A DNA stretch of 37,258 nucleotides, taken from contig CAYVLA010000020.1 of the NCBI GenBank assembly GCA_964452145.1, positions 1-37,258 on the forward strand. The letters are read 5' to 3'. Source of the DNA: Candidatus Hadarchaeota archaeon (GTDB taxonomy: Archaea; CAYQAE01; CAYVLA01). Position numbers and translations under genes: made by a program. Below the pieces are notes generated by a model, which was not told the DNA's origin, made no database searches, and was given only the letters and a program-made list of their open reading frames with translations. Shown here in pieces: positions 28,666 through 37,258 of this stretch (within the stretch, counting starts at the first letter, position 1; every line of letters begins with the position of its first letter).

Positions 28666-29421
28666 ATGGATTTGTCACACACACCGAGATGTCGTTTCTT
28701 GGAGCCGCCTCTCCAGCCGCCGAGAGCACAACAGCCTAGGTAGGGCAGTAGTAGATGAACCAAGCGACTCCGGGCAGACCGCGGAGACCGCCGCGGAAAC
28801 CGGGGAAATCACGGCTGGAACCGAGGGTGCAGCATCCCGCGGCCCCGGCCCGAGCCAAGAGCTGGACGAATCGTCCACCTGCCTCCGAGTTCCAAGGCGG
28901 AAGTCTCCCAGCTCCTTCATCATTCTCGATGTCGCCCTCTATATGCCCCTTCTGGGAACCCAGCCACCATCCCACCTCTCCATCTACAATGCAACAGTGC
29001 GGTATATCTCCAACAGCTCAGCTCTATGGCTAGGGACAGGGAGACTAAACAGATCCCTGAAACGCCACAACGGATGATCTAGGCCGAAATAAGCATTGAG
29101 TATCCTAGGTCGTCCACGATCCTTTCTGCGGGATACAGCCTCCATCGAGTTGACGACGTGACGGAGCGTGTCTCGCGCTCGTAAAACGTGTCGGCCGCTA
29201 TCGGAGCTTTTTCTTCTGCTTGCTCTTCAGGCTATGGGGCGGACAAGTTCTCACGGCGCTTGACGGCTAAGCTGCTATGAATACGGGTGGGGATTTGGCG
29301 TTAGCGGTTGCTAAGAATGTCCGGAGTGCGAGCACTCAACACGTTCGGCGAGGCCTGCGGCCGCGTCCCGAAACCTGAGTCGTAGACGACACTGCCACCA
29401 TCGGGCTCCCCACCCATCGAT

Positions 29422-30729
29422 CTATGTCCCTTGCACCCTTCTCCCTTCCACCCTGACGGAAGCCCGATTCTGCTTCCGACAAAGGCGGCCCACAGAGACC
29501 CCTAACACCACCAGAAAGACGGCTGCCAACCCCATGGACTCAGGCACCGGCCCCGGTCCCGGCACGGCGCTCCCCGGCACCACAGCGACGGGACGAAGGG
29601 AAGACAGGTCAACGACGATCCTCTGAATGGCCTTCTTCCCCGAATCGGCTAACAAGATACTGCCCGTTCCTGTAACCATCATCCGTCCTAGTATCGAGAA
29701 CTCACCCGGCTCAGAGCCCTCCCTCCCTATGCGCCCCGCGAAGGTTCCGTTCGGAAAGAAGAACGAGATAGTGCTGGTACCCCTGTCAACGGCAATGATC
29801 ACACCCGAGAGGTCAACGACCGCACTAAGCAAACCGATGAAGTGTCCCGGCTCCTTTCCATAGGAGCCCAAACTCATCGACCATCTGAAATCCTGGTCAA
29901 GAACCACGACCCTCTCAAGCTCAGGAAAGTACTGCGTAACATCGCTGAGCGATTCTGAAACAATCACCCTGCCCTGAGGGTCCACCGTGATATCCTGCGG
30001 GTCGCCGTGCCTGTGGGCGCAGTCCTCACCCGGTAGACAGATCTGGACAACTCTCTCAAGAATCATGGACACATCGTTCACGCCGGTCTGGTTGGGGGCA
30101 AAAACCAAAATCCTCGACTCCCCACCCCCCTCGGACTGCCCTACGATCAATCTGTCTTTCTGGTCTATGGCGATGCAGTAGGGATATCCCACACCGCCGG
30201 TAGCCATAGGGATCTCTATGTAGCCCAGCCAGGATAGGTTGCTGTGAAGGACATGTACCCTGCCCGGAAGAGGCGGGCCACCGGGATACTCCAACCTATA
30301 GGTAGCGTCGCATACGTAGAGCCTTCCCTTGGAGTCAACTGCGATGTCGCTGAGATAGTATCCGAACTGGGGGATGGGGATCGTCACATCTTCTGTGCTG
30401 CCTATTACCTGCTCCACCTGCATCTTCTGGTTCAGGACAAGAATCCTGACAGGTTCTGGGAACTTTCCCATGTCGAGGATGAACATCCTGCCCTTGGAGT
30501 CCACACACATATCGAAAGGTGCCCTCAGAGAGATCTCTCCCGGTCCCTGTGCTTTGGGGAAGCTTGTCCAGATATCTGAGACAACCGCCGAAATGTTATG
30601 CTCGGAAGGGACTCTGATATCGTTTGACCCAGAAAACGCCACGGGAACCATGGCCAGAAACACCAGAAACACCAGAAACCCACCGACCACCGCGCCTTTC
30701 GCGCTGCAAGAACTCCTCTTTTGGGACAT
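29422..30729 (-). CDS. Secreted NHL-repeat beta-propeller protein with VPE C-terminal anchor
   Basis: P.D..VDSKGR..(I/V).D repeats; GSYGKEPGHF and GREGSEPGEF NHL motifs; signal peptide after ATG 30729 (GGAGG upstream); C-terminal PVPES + TM + RLCRK. Confidence 0.88.
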   Translation of the reverse strand: MSQKRSSCSAKGAVVGGFLVFLVFLAMVPVAFSGSNDIRVPSEHNISAVVSDIWTSFPKAQGPGEISLRAPFDMCVDSKGRMFILDMGKFPEPVRILVLNQKMQVEQVIGSTEDVTIPIPQFGYYLSDIAVDSKGRLYVCDATYRLEYPGGPPLPGRVHVLHSNLSWLGYIEIPMATGGVGYPYCIAIDQKDRLIVGQSEGGGESRILVFAPNQTGVNDVSMILERVVQICLPGEDCAHRHGDPQDITVDPQGRVIVSESLSDVTQYFPELERVVVLDQDFRWSMSLGSYGKEPGHFIGLLSAVVDLSGVIIAVDRGTSTISFFFPNGTFAGRIGREGSEPGEFSILGRMMVTGTGSILLADSGKKAIQRIVVDLSSLRPVAVVPGSAVPGPGPVPESMGLAAVFLVVLGVSVGRLCRKQNRASVRVEGRRVQGT

Positions 30730-30751
30730 CTCCAAACCTCCAAACACCATC

Positions 30752-33700
30752 CTAGGGCCTCCATCCCATGTTTGCTGCCAACCATAACTGTTGCTGGTCG
30801 GCCCAGACGTTGTGAACAGGCAGAACGCCCATCTGCTGGTTCTGCGTCTCGAACGAGGACGCATACGAATCGGGGTACCACCACCACAGCAAGGCCTTTG
30901 CACGCTTGTCCGTTCTGGTTGCCACGTTGTAGTACTCCGAGATGAACGTGCCGTTGGGCATGATGTAGTTTTTGGGTTCGTAGCCTTCCGCCTCGAAGAA
31001 GGGCCACCACCCGTACTGGGATACGTTGCTGGGCACGGGCTCGTCGTAGGACTGCCCAACAAGGACAAGCGGTCTGCCAGCACCATACAAGAGGGCCCAG
31101 TCAGCATCGTCGGTGATCATGGAGATGGGGCGTACTGGGTTGTTCTGGTATCTTGGATAGCAGTACGGATCCACACCTATCCAGTCGCAGTACTGTATGT
31201 ATCCTGAAGCTATCTGGTCAAAGCTTGTACTCGTCCAGTTCAGCGGGGCGTTTCCCTGTCTGTGGAACATCAGGATGGTAGGCTTGTCCTCCCAAACATA
31301 CTTGGATACGTCGTTGCACATAAGGTCCAGCATTCCCGAGGTCATCTGCGAACCATAGGGACCCCTGACGGGCTCGTCGAACAGGTATATCGCGACCACG
31401 TTGGCGTTATTCTCGCTCAGGTTACCCTTCCACCAGAAACATTGCTTCCTTGATTCGAACACTCTCTGGTACTCATCCATGAGAGGCTCGTGAAACCAGA
31501 ACCATGCGAGTGTCGAGTGGATGTCGAAGATTATGTCAAGCCCTTTTTCCGCGGCATATGCGGCGTACGAGAGCTGGTAGAGGGGATTCGTGGTGACATA
31601 GATCCTGTCCGGTATGACAATGATATTGCTCTGGCCTGCCGCCCGATCGATGTGGTAGGTGTAGTTACTGTCCACCCCGTACGGGGAATAGGTAGACATG
31701 TTCATGTCGAAGACCTGGTAGTATCCGTAATACATCTCGGGCTCTGTCCTGAAGCGCCAAAGCGGTCCTTCCGTCTGTGCGCCCAAGGGATCCTCCGCCA
31801 CCACCTTCCAGGCATAGTTGGTGCCATACTCCAACGCAACCACCAGGGAGGTCCAGGTAGTGTCTTCGTAGTGGGCCGGGTCTTCCCCGGTTCCAAGGTA
31901 TACATGGTAGGTGACCGTGTGGCCATCCTGATCGCCTCCCTCCCAGTCCAGGAACAGCTCCGTGGACAGGCCGGTTGAGCCGTCCAGCGGAGATGTAAGG
32001 GAGGGGGCGTTGGGCGCATAGTTGGTGGTGAAGTTCCATTGCGCACCCTCAGATACGGCCATGTGCTCATCCACCGCCTTAACCCTCCAGTAGTAAATCG
32101 TGCCGTAGGCCAGGCCGGTCTTTGTGAGGTTGGGATTGGTCGTATTCTGATAGTTCGTAAGGTTGGGGCTGGATCCGAAGTAGACCATGTAGGTCACCAA
32201 GTCACCGTCATAGTCCCCTCCGCTCCACCTCAAGGTAAGCGAGACGGTGGGCTGACAGGTTTCACCGTTCCAGGGCGAGGGAAAAGAAGGTGTCTCGGGC
32301 GGATAGTTGGATCCCCGGGTCGTGAAGCGCCACTCCGACCCTGCGGCCTCCCGGCCGTGCTCGTCAACCGCCTCGACCCTCCAGTAGTGGGTCGTCTCAT
32401 ACGCCAGGCCGGTCTTGGTGAGGTTGGGATTGGTCGTATTCTGATAGTTCGTAGGGTTCGGGCTGGATCCGAAGTAGACCATGTAGGTCACAGAATCCCC
32501 GTCCACATCGCCCCCACTCCAGCTCAGGGTAAGGTTGATGGGCTGGCTGTTCGAAGCGTTGCCCGGGGAGGGACTGGACGGGATGTTTGGCGGGTTGTTG
32601 TAGCCCGTGCTGTAAAGCTTCACGTTGTCGAACCATGCCTGCTGCTGCCAGTTAGCCGACCAGGCATCGTGAACGTTCAGCCTAACCTCGACCGAGGATC
32701 GGCCTGACAGGATGCTTGACACATCGGTCAACTTGTGCTGCCACCCGGTGTCATAGGTGCCTCCCGCCACGAGGGTGACGCTTCCAAGGCTCTGGGATCC
32801 GCTGTAAAAGTTGACATACGCATTGGTCACCGAGCTGTAGGCATAGTTCGACTTGGCCCTCCAGTCAAGCTCAAGATACATAATCCCCATCCATCCGGTG
32901 ATGCCCACCACCTTGCTGATGTAGTGGCCTCCGTTCTCCCACCCGTTTCCAAGCTCGTAGATACGGGCCGCGCCAGCATCGATGCTCACATCAAAGGTGG
33001 ACCCTGTATTATCCGTCCAGGCGGACAGAGAGTTGAACGGCTCGTCCAGAAAGTAGTAGAACCCTGTCTGGGTTGTGAAGCTCCACTCCGAACCCGTCGC
33101 TGTGGCCTGGTGCGTATCCACCGCTTTGACCTTCCAGTGATAGGTTGTGCCGTAGGCCAGGCCGGTCTTGGCAAGGCTGGTGGAGGTTGTGTTGGTGTAG
33201 CTTGTCGGATTGGGGCTCGTCCCAAAGTAGACCATGTAGGTCACCGTCCCACCGTCGGGATCACCGCCGCTCCAAGACAAGGTGGGGGATGTGGGCTGAT
33301 TGGTTGCCCCGTTGGCGGGGGAAGGGTTAGAGGGAGTGTATGGAGGCCTGTTCGTCATGAAGCTCCACACCGGGCCTTCGGCCTGGGCTCCGTGTGAGTC
33401 CTCCGCCACGATCTTCCAGTAATACGTTGTGGCCCCGGCCAGGCCGCTTCGGGGAAGGGAGCTTGCCGTGGTCGTCGTGTTGTAGGGCGGGCTCGGGCTG
33501 GTTCCGAAGTAGACGTAGTACCTGGCTATGCTGTCCCCGGGATCCGGGTCGGAGCAGGTCCAGGTAAGGGTGAGGGATGTGGGCTGGCCGGTCGCACCGT
33601 TGGTGGGGGAAGGATTCGAAGGAGTGTTGGGAGGATTATTTGTTTCGTTCCCACCCGTTGTGAAGCTCCAGACAGGCCCTGAGGCTTGGGCACCGTGGTT

Positions 33701-35216
33701 GTCCTCCGCCACGATCTTCCAGTAGTAGGTGGTGAGCAGGCTTAATCCGCTCTTCTGTTTGGATGTGCTGTACACGTCCGAATCGTACGGCGGGTTCGAG
33801 CTGGTCCCAAAATAGAAATGGTAGATGACTGTGTCCCCTGCATCGGGGTCACCACCACTCCAAGACAGAGTAGGTGACGTCGGCTGGCCGGTCGCACCGT
33901 TGCTTGGAGAGGGATTCGAGGGAGTATAGGGAGGGTTGTTGGATGTGGTGAAGCTCCAGATAGGTCCTGTTGTCTCGGCGTTGTGTTCATCCACCGAGAC
34001 GATCTTCCAATAGTAGCTTGTTCCATAGCTCAGCCCGGACCTGGATATGGACGTGGATGAGACGGTTGTGTCGTAGGGAGGATCGGACGATGTGCCGAAG
34101 TACACCTTGTAGGTGACGGTGTCACCGTCAGGATCACCCCCGCTCCAGGAAAGTGTGAGTGATGTGGGCTGATTGGTCGACCCACTGGCGGGGGAAGGAT
34201 TGGAAGGGGTGTAGGGAGGATTGTTGGGAGGAGGTTGGGGTGTGGTGGTGAAGTGCCACGTCGGCCCTGTGGTAGAGGCGGCGTGGTTGTCCCTGGCCAC
34301 AACGTGCCAGTTGTAGTCCTGGTCATAGTCCAGCCCGCTTGCGCCTACCGACGGGCTCGTGACCGTGTAGGTGGGGCTTCCCGGCGGAGAGTCCTGGCTG
34401 CGGTAAAGGTAGACATCGTACGTCACTGTGTCTCCGGCATCGGGGTCTCCACCGGTCCAGCTCAGGGTGAGTGATGTGGGCTGGTTCCCGGCCCAGTCGG
34501 CGGGTGACGGGTTGGAGGGGGTGTTCGGAGGAGTGTTAGTGGTGAAGCTCCAAACCGGCCCGGCGGTCTGGGCTTCCCCATCGTCTGAGACGATCTTCCA
34601 GTAGTAGGTCGTGCCGTAGCTCAGGCCGCTCTTCTGTATCGATGTGGTGGATACGTCCGTGTCGTAGGGCGGGTTGGAGCTGGTCCCAAAGTAGACATGG
34701 TAGGTGAGGGTATCCCAGGAGTCGGGGTCCCCACCACTCCAAGTGAGTGTGAGGGATGTGGGCTGGCCGATAGATCCACTGACGGGGGAAGGATTGGAAG
34801 GGGTGTAGGGAGGATTGTTCGACAACGGGGTGAGGTACCAGTTCTTTTCCAGCTCGACATCCTGCTCCTTGTACACATAGGCCTCGGAGGTCTGATAGCC
34901 AGCCTTGCTGGCGTCCATAAAGAACTCGCCCCAAGCTGGCCACACATCCAGTCTGTAGTACCCCCAGGAATCCGTCGTGTCGGTCCACCAGTTGGATCCC
35001 TGGTTGGCCCTGACTAGGGCACCTCCAATCGGGCCGTTGGTAGATTCATCGAAGACATAGCCATGAATCCAGCAGTCGGGCCCAAGCGGCTCAACCCAGC
35101 CAGCCGCATCAACAGCCGGCGAACACACACACACACACACACACACAAAGCAGGCATGAGACGGCCGCCAGACAGGCGGACAAAGGCCTAACTACAAGTA
35201 ACAGCTTACCGGACAC
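30752..35216 (-). CDS. Large secreted protein: carboxypeptidase-regulatory-like domain, 9 FN3-like repeats, jelly-roll-like insert and C-terminal glycoside-hydrolase-like domain; signal peptide out of frame at a (GT)12 tract
   Basis: The main ORF 30752..35146 has IHGYVFDEST..PI.GA.V, nine N.PP..PS.PSP...L.W.GGD.D...Y.VY.G...L.Y.T.Y.W...W.FTT units, and AIYLFDEP / DWIGVDPY. The leader MSGKLLLVVRPLSACLAAVSCLL starts at GTG 35216 in a different frame. Confidence 0.85.
35123..35146. repeat. (AC)12 / (GT)12 dinucleotide microsatellite
   Basis: Perfect 12-unit tract read directly; the only long perfect dinucleotide run I saw in the window. Confidence 0.97.
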
Positions 35217-35291
35217 AGCGCATACCCCCAAGAGGACGCCCCCGCATCGGCAATCCGCCTCGCAGGACATCCTCTGTCCGGCCCTTCGTAC

Positions 35292-35348
35292 TATTAAATC
35301 TTGTGTAACGTAAGTAAGTAACGTAACGTTCTCTTCTAACGCCTAACG
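35292..35348 (-). promoter_or_regulatory. TATA-like box with an adjacent upstream cluster of TAACG repeats
   Basis: Minus-strand TTTAATA at 35298-35292; TAACG at 35306, 35319, 35324, 35337, 35344 and TAAG at 35311, 35315. Confidence 0.55.
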
Positions 35349-36009
35349 TCTACCCCACCCTATGTCTTGTTCATTCATCAACATCAAGAACTATTCGATC
35401 CGTCGTTGCCCGTCTACTTCTACCCGTATGATGGGCGAGACGATCCAAGCATCTGCTTGGCGCTCGGTTCTGCTAACGCACTTGGCCTGGCCTCAGGCGT
35501 CAGGCCTCAGACCTTCAGAAAAGCTTGAAACCTAGGTTGTTGATTCCTCATACGACGCCAAGGTGGCACAGACTGGCTGGCCAAGGGGCAGAAACGGTGA
35601 TGGAGCTGAAGCGATGTATGCTGGATTGTTGACTGCGAGGAGTCTTTGTTCTGAGTTCTTTGCCGGGGAGACGGGGGTTCAAGCAAGCACTTCTCGTGAT
35701 GCCCGCTCCGCATGCCTCTGAAGGTCCACCGCCATCCTCTCCAGAGCCCGGGCATGCGACAGCGCCGACGACCGAACTCGATAGCGCTCTCGTACACCGC
35801 TGGCAGATCCTACACCCGACATGTAATCAACCGAATCGCTCCACGTATGTATACCTTCCTACGCTTCTGCGGCGGGGCCTCCGCCGATTCGGCGGACAAG
35901 GGCCCACACGCCACGACTGACGGTAACTCCGTCCGGTCCACTATTTCCTTGCCTCATTCCTCATTCCACGTTCGCAATCAATAAATATCCTGATCGGTTT
36001 GTCCCTGCT

Positions 36010-36546
36010 GTGGTGCGGGTCTCAAGGCTCCGAAGGAGACATGTCGAAGAGATCATAGCAATGTTGAGGAGCCTCAACGAACACTGGGAAACGGATCGCT
36101 TTGACAGCGCTACCAACCTTGCCGCATACACCCGTGACAACGACAAGCAAGGACTCGTCGCACACACCAAAGACGGCGAACTGGCCGGCTTCATTCTCTA
36201 CGGCATGGGCTACGTCTGGCCTCCTGACAGGAGGCAGTTCCACCGCAGCCATGACACAGGTCTCATATGGGACATCATCGTACACCCCAGATACTGGAGG
36301 CAACGGATAGGCACCACACTGGTGAGGAGCGCAGAGGAGGACCTGGCAGAGATGGGTGCCAACAAGGTCACACTCTTCACTGGACCAGCCAACACCAGAG
36401 CTCAGGCATTCTTCAGCAGACTGGGTTACCGAGTAGTGGGAGAAGCGGGCTCGGTCTTCTTCGAGCGGCACATTCCAAGGAGGAAACTCCCGAAACGGAG
36501 AACCCACCAAAGCGCACACCGTGAAGTGGGCAGAATAGCCTCATAG
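36010..36546 (+). CDS. GNAT family N-acetyltransferase
   Basis: DGELAGFI, IIVHPRYWRQRIGTTLV, NTRAQAFFSRLGY; ATAAATA about 25 bp upstream suggests a leaderless transcript. Confidence 0.92.
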   Translation: MVRVSRLRRRHVEEIIAMLRSLNEHWETDRFDSATNLAAYTRDNDKQGLVAHTKDGELAGFILYGMGYVWPPDRRQFHRSHDTGLIWDIIVHPRYWRQRIGTTLVRSAEEDLAEMGANKVTLFTGPANTRAQAFFSRLGYRVVGEAGSVFFERHIPRRKLPKRRTHQSAHREVGRIAS

Positions 36547-36869
36547 GGTCATGGTAACTTCGCAGTGCAGCTGAATCTTTGTCCACTAGGACACTTCTTC
36601 GCCACGACTCGGATCTCCCACGTCCAAGTTGGTCTCCTGCCCCCGGCGAGCTAGATTCCTGAGAGCCTTCCGGCCACAGCCTCCGGTCGAGGCCTAGCGG
36701 CGTGCAAAAGCGTTAGAGCGTACTAAGACAGGATCTCACACGATGTCCAGCCAAGAGACTCCGTCGGAGTCCCGAGCAAACAGAGCTTGCCGCTCTTATG
36801 AGACTCTAAGTGAGGGTACTCAGCGTATTGACCGGACCCCATCTGGGCAGTGGGGGCGGGGGGCCTCCG

Positions 36870-37093
36870 ACTAGGCTTAGACCGGCCTTCGACCAGGGGA
36901 AACCACTAGTCGAAACAGGCAGCACTCCGGAGTACTAGTCTTGGACCAGTCCCAGACTAGTTCCAGACTAGTCCTTACGATTACAAGAGAATGTCTCGGC
37001 AGCGAGTCAGACTAGCAACCGGACTAGTAGTCAGACTGGTCCAAGACTAGTGCGACTCAACAAGTCTGACTGGAAAGGTGGTCCAAGACTGGG
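36870..37093. repeat. Array of ACTAGT-type hexamers at about 11-bp spacing, with an 18-bp perfect inverted repeat
   Basis: ACTAGT at 36905, 36934, 36956, 36967, 37023, 37046; variants at 36870, 36881, 36892, 36945, 37011, 37035, 37069, 37088. ACTAGTCTTGGACCAGTC (36934-51) is the reverse complement of 37034-51. Confidence 0.85.
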
Positions 37094-37200
37094 CACAGCC
37101 CTACTTTCCGCCGGTCATCCATGCTCAGACATCCCGACTCTTCCTTGGATCCGACCAAGGGTTGGTGGGTCTGGTCTGAGCCGGATTCCAAGACAGTCGC

Positions 37201-37258
37201 GAGAGCGCCCCCCAAGGAGGCTGTGCAGACCATCCCCATGAGAGCCCCCCAAGGAGGC
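37201..37258 (+). repeat. Direct repeat GCCCCCCAAGGAGGC, two copies, running off the window edge
   Basis: Identical 15-mers at 37207-21 and 37244-58 (37-bp period), each preceded by GAGA. Confidence 0.75.

Noticed and set aside
30730..31107. 126-aa N-terminal extension of the NHL ORF (track start 31107)
   Set aside because: It overlaps the 3' end of the large FN3 gene in another frame. The signal peptide and RBS point to ATG 30729.
32109..32491. Near-identical repeats as a diversity-generating retroelement TR/VR pair
   Set aside because: The three differences are not adenine-specific on either strand, both copies are in-frame domain repeats, and no reverse transcriptase is present.
35350..36000. 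Short ORFs (35507..35797, 35660..35920, 35712..35984)
   Set aside because: No recognisable domain or RBS. The stretch may be decayed coding sequence, but I cannot support a call.
36891..36903. CCAGGGGAAAC as an archaeal origin recognition box
   Set aside because: It is a single imperfect match with no AT-rich unwinding element or orc1/cdc6 gene visible.
36870..37258. Terminal repeats as a CRISPR array
   Set aside because: Units are 11-15 bp without 30-40 bp unique spacers, and there are no cas genes in the window.

Overview
This is a GC-rich accessory region with no rRNA, tRNA, CRISPR array or core housekeeping gene. It is probably archaeal, inferred from TATA-like boxes about 25-30 bp before starts, GGTGA/GGAGG ribosome-binding sites and C2H2/zinc-ribbon proteins. 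Most genes encode secreted or surface proteins: FecR-domain, WD40, NHL, NEW3/Ig-repeat, and a 9x FN3-like plus glycoside-hydrolase-like protein. The window also holds two ABC exporter operons, three GNAT-fold genes and a loose defence cluster (Type IIG restriction-modification fusion, NucS-like nuclease, HEPN RxxxxH protein). Several intergenic gaps contain eroded mobile-element genes: an IS630 transposase, two tyrosine recombinases and possibly a serine recombinase. Four observations stand out. (1) A perfect (GT)12 microsatellite sits in the signal-peptide coding region of the 1.46-kaa secreted protein and currently puts the leader out of frame, a candidate archaeal phase-variation locus. (2) An array of ACTAGT-type hexamers spaced about 11 bp apart forms two inverted blocks near the window end, with a degenerate copy at 24.56 kb. 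(3) A 5-bp tandem duplication splits an ArsR-HTH/GNAT gene. (4) Three unrelated secreted proteins share a [VI]-x-E + TM + basic C-terminal tail. All assignments come from reading motifs by eye; no searches were run.
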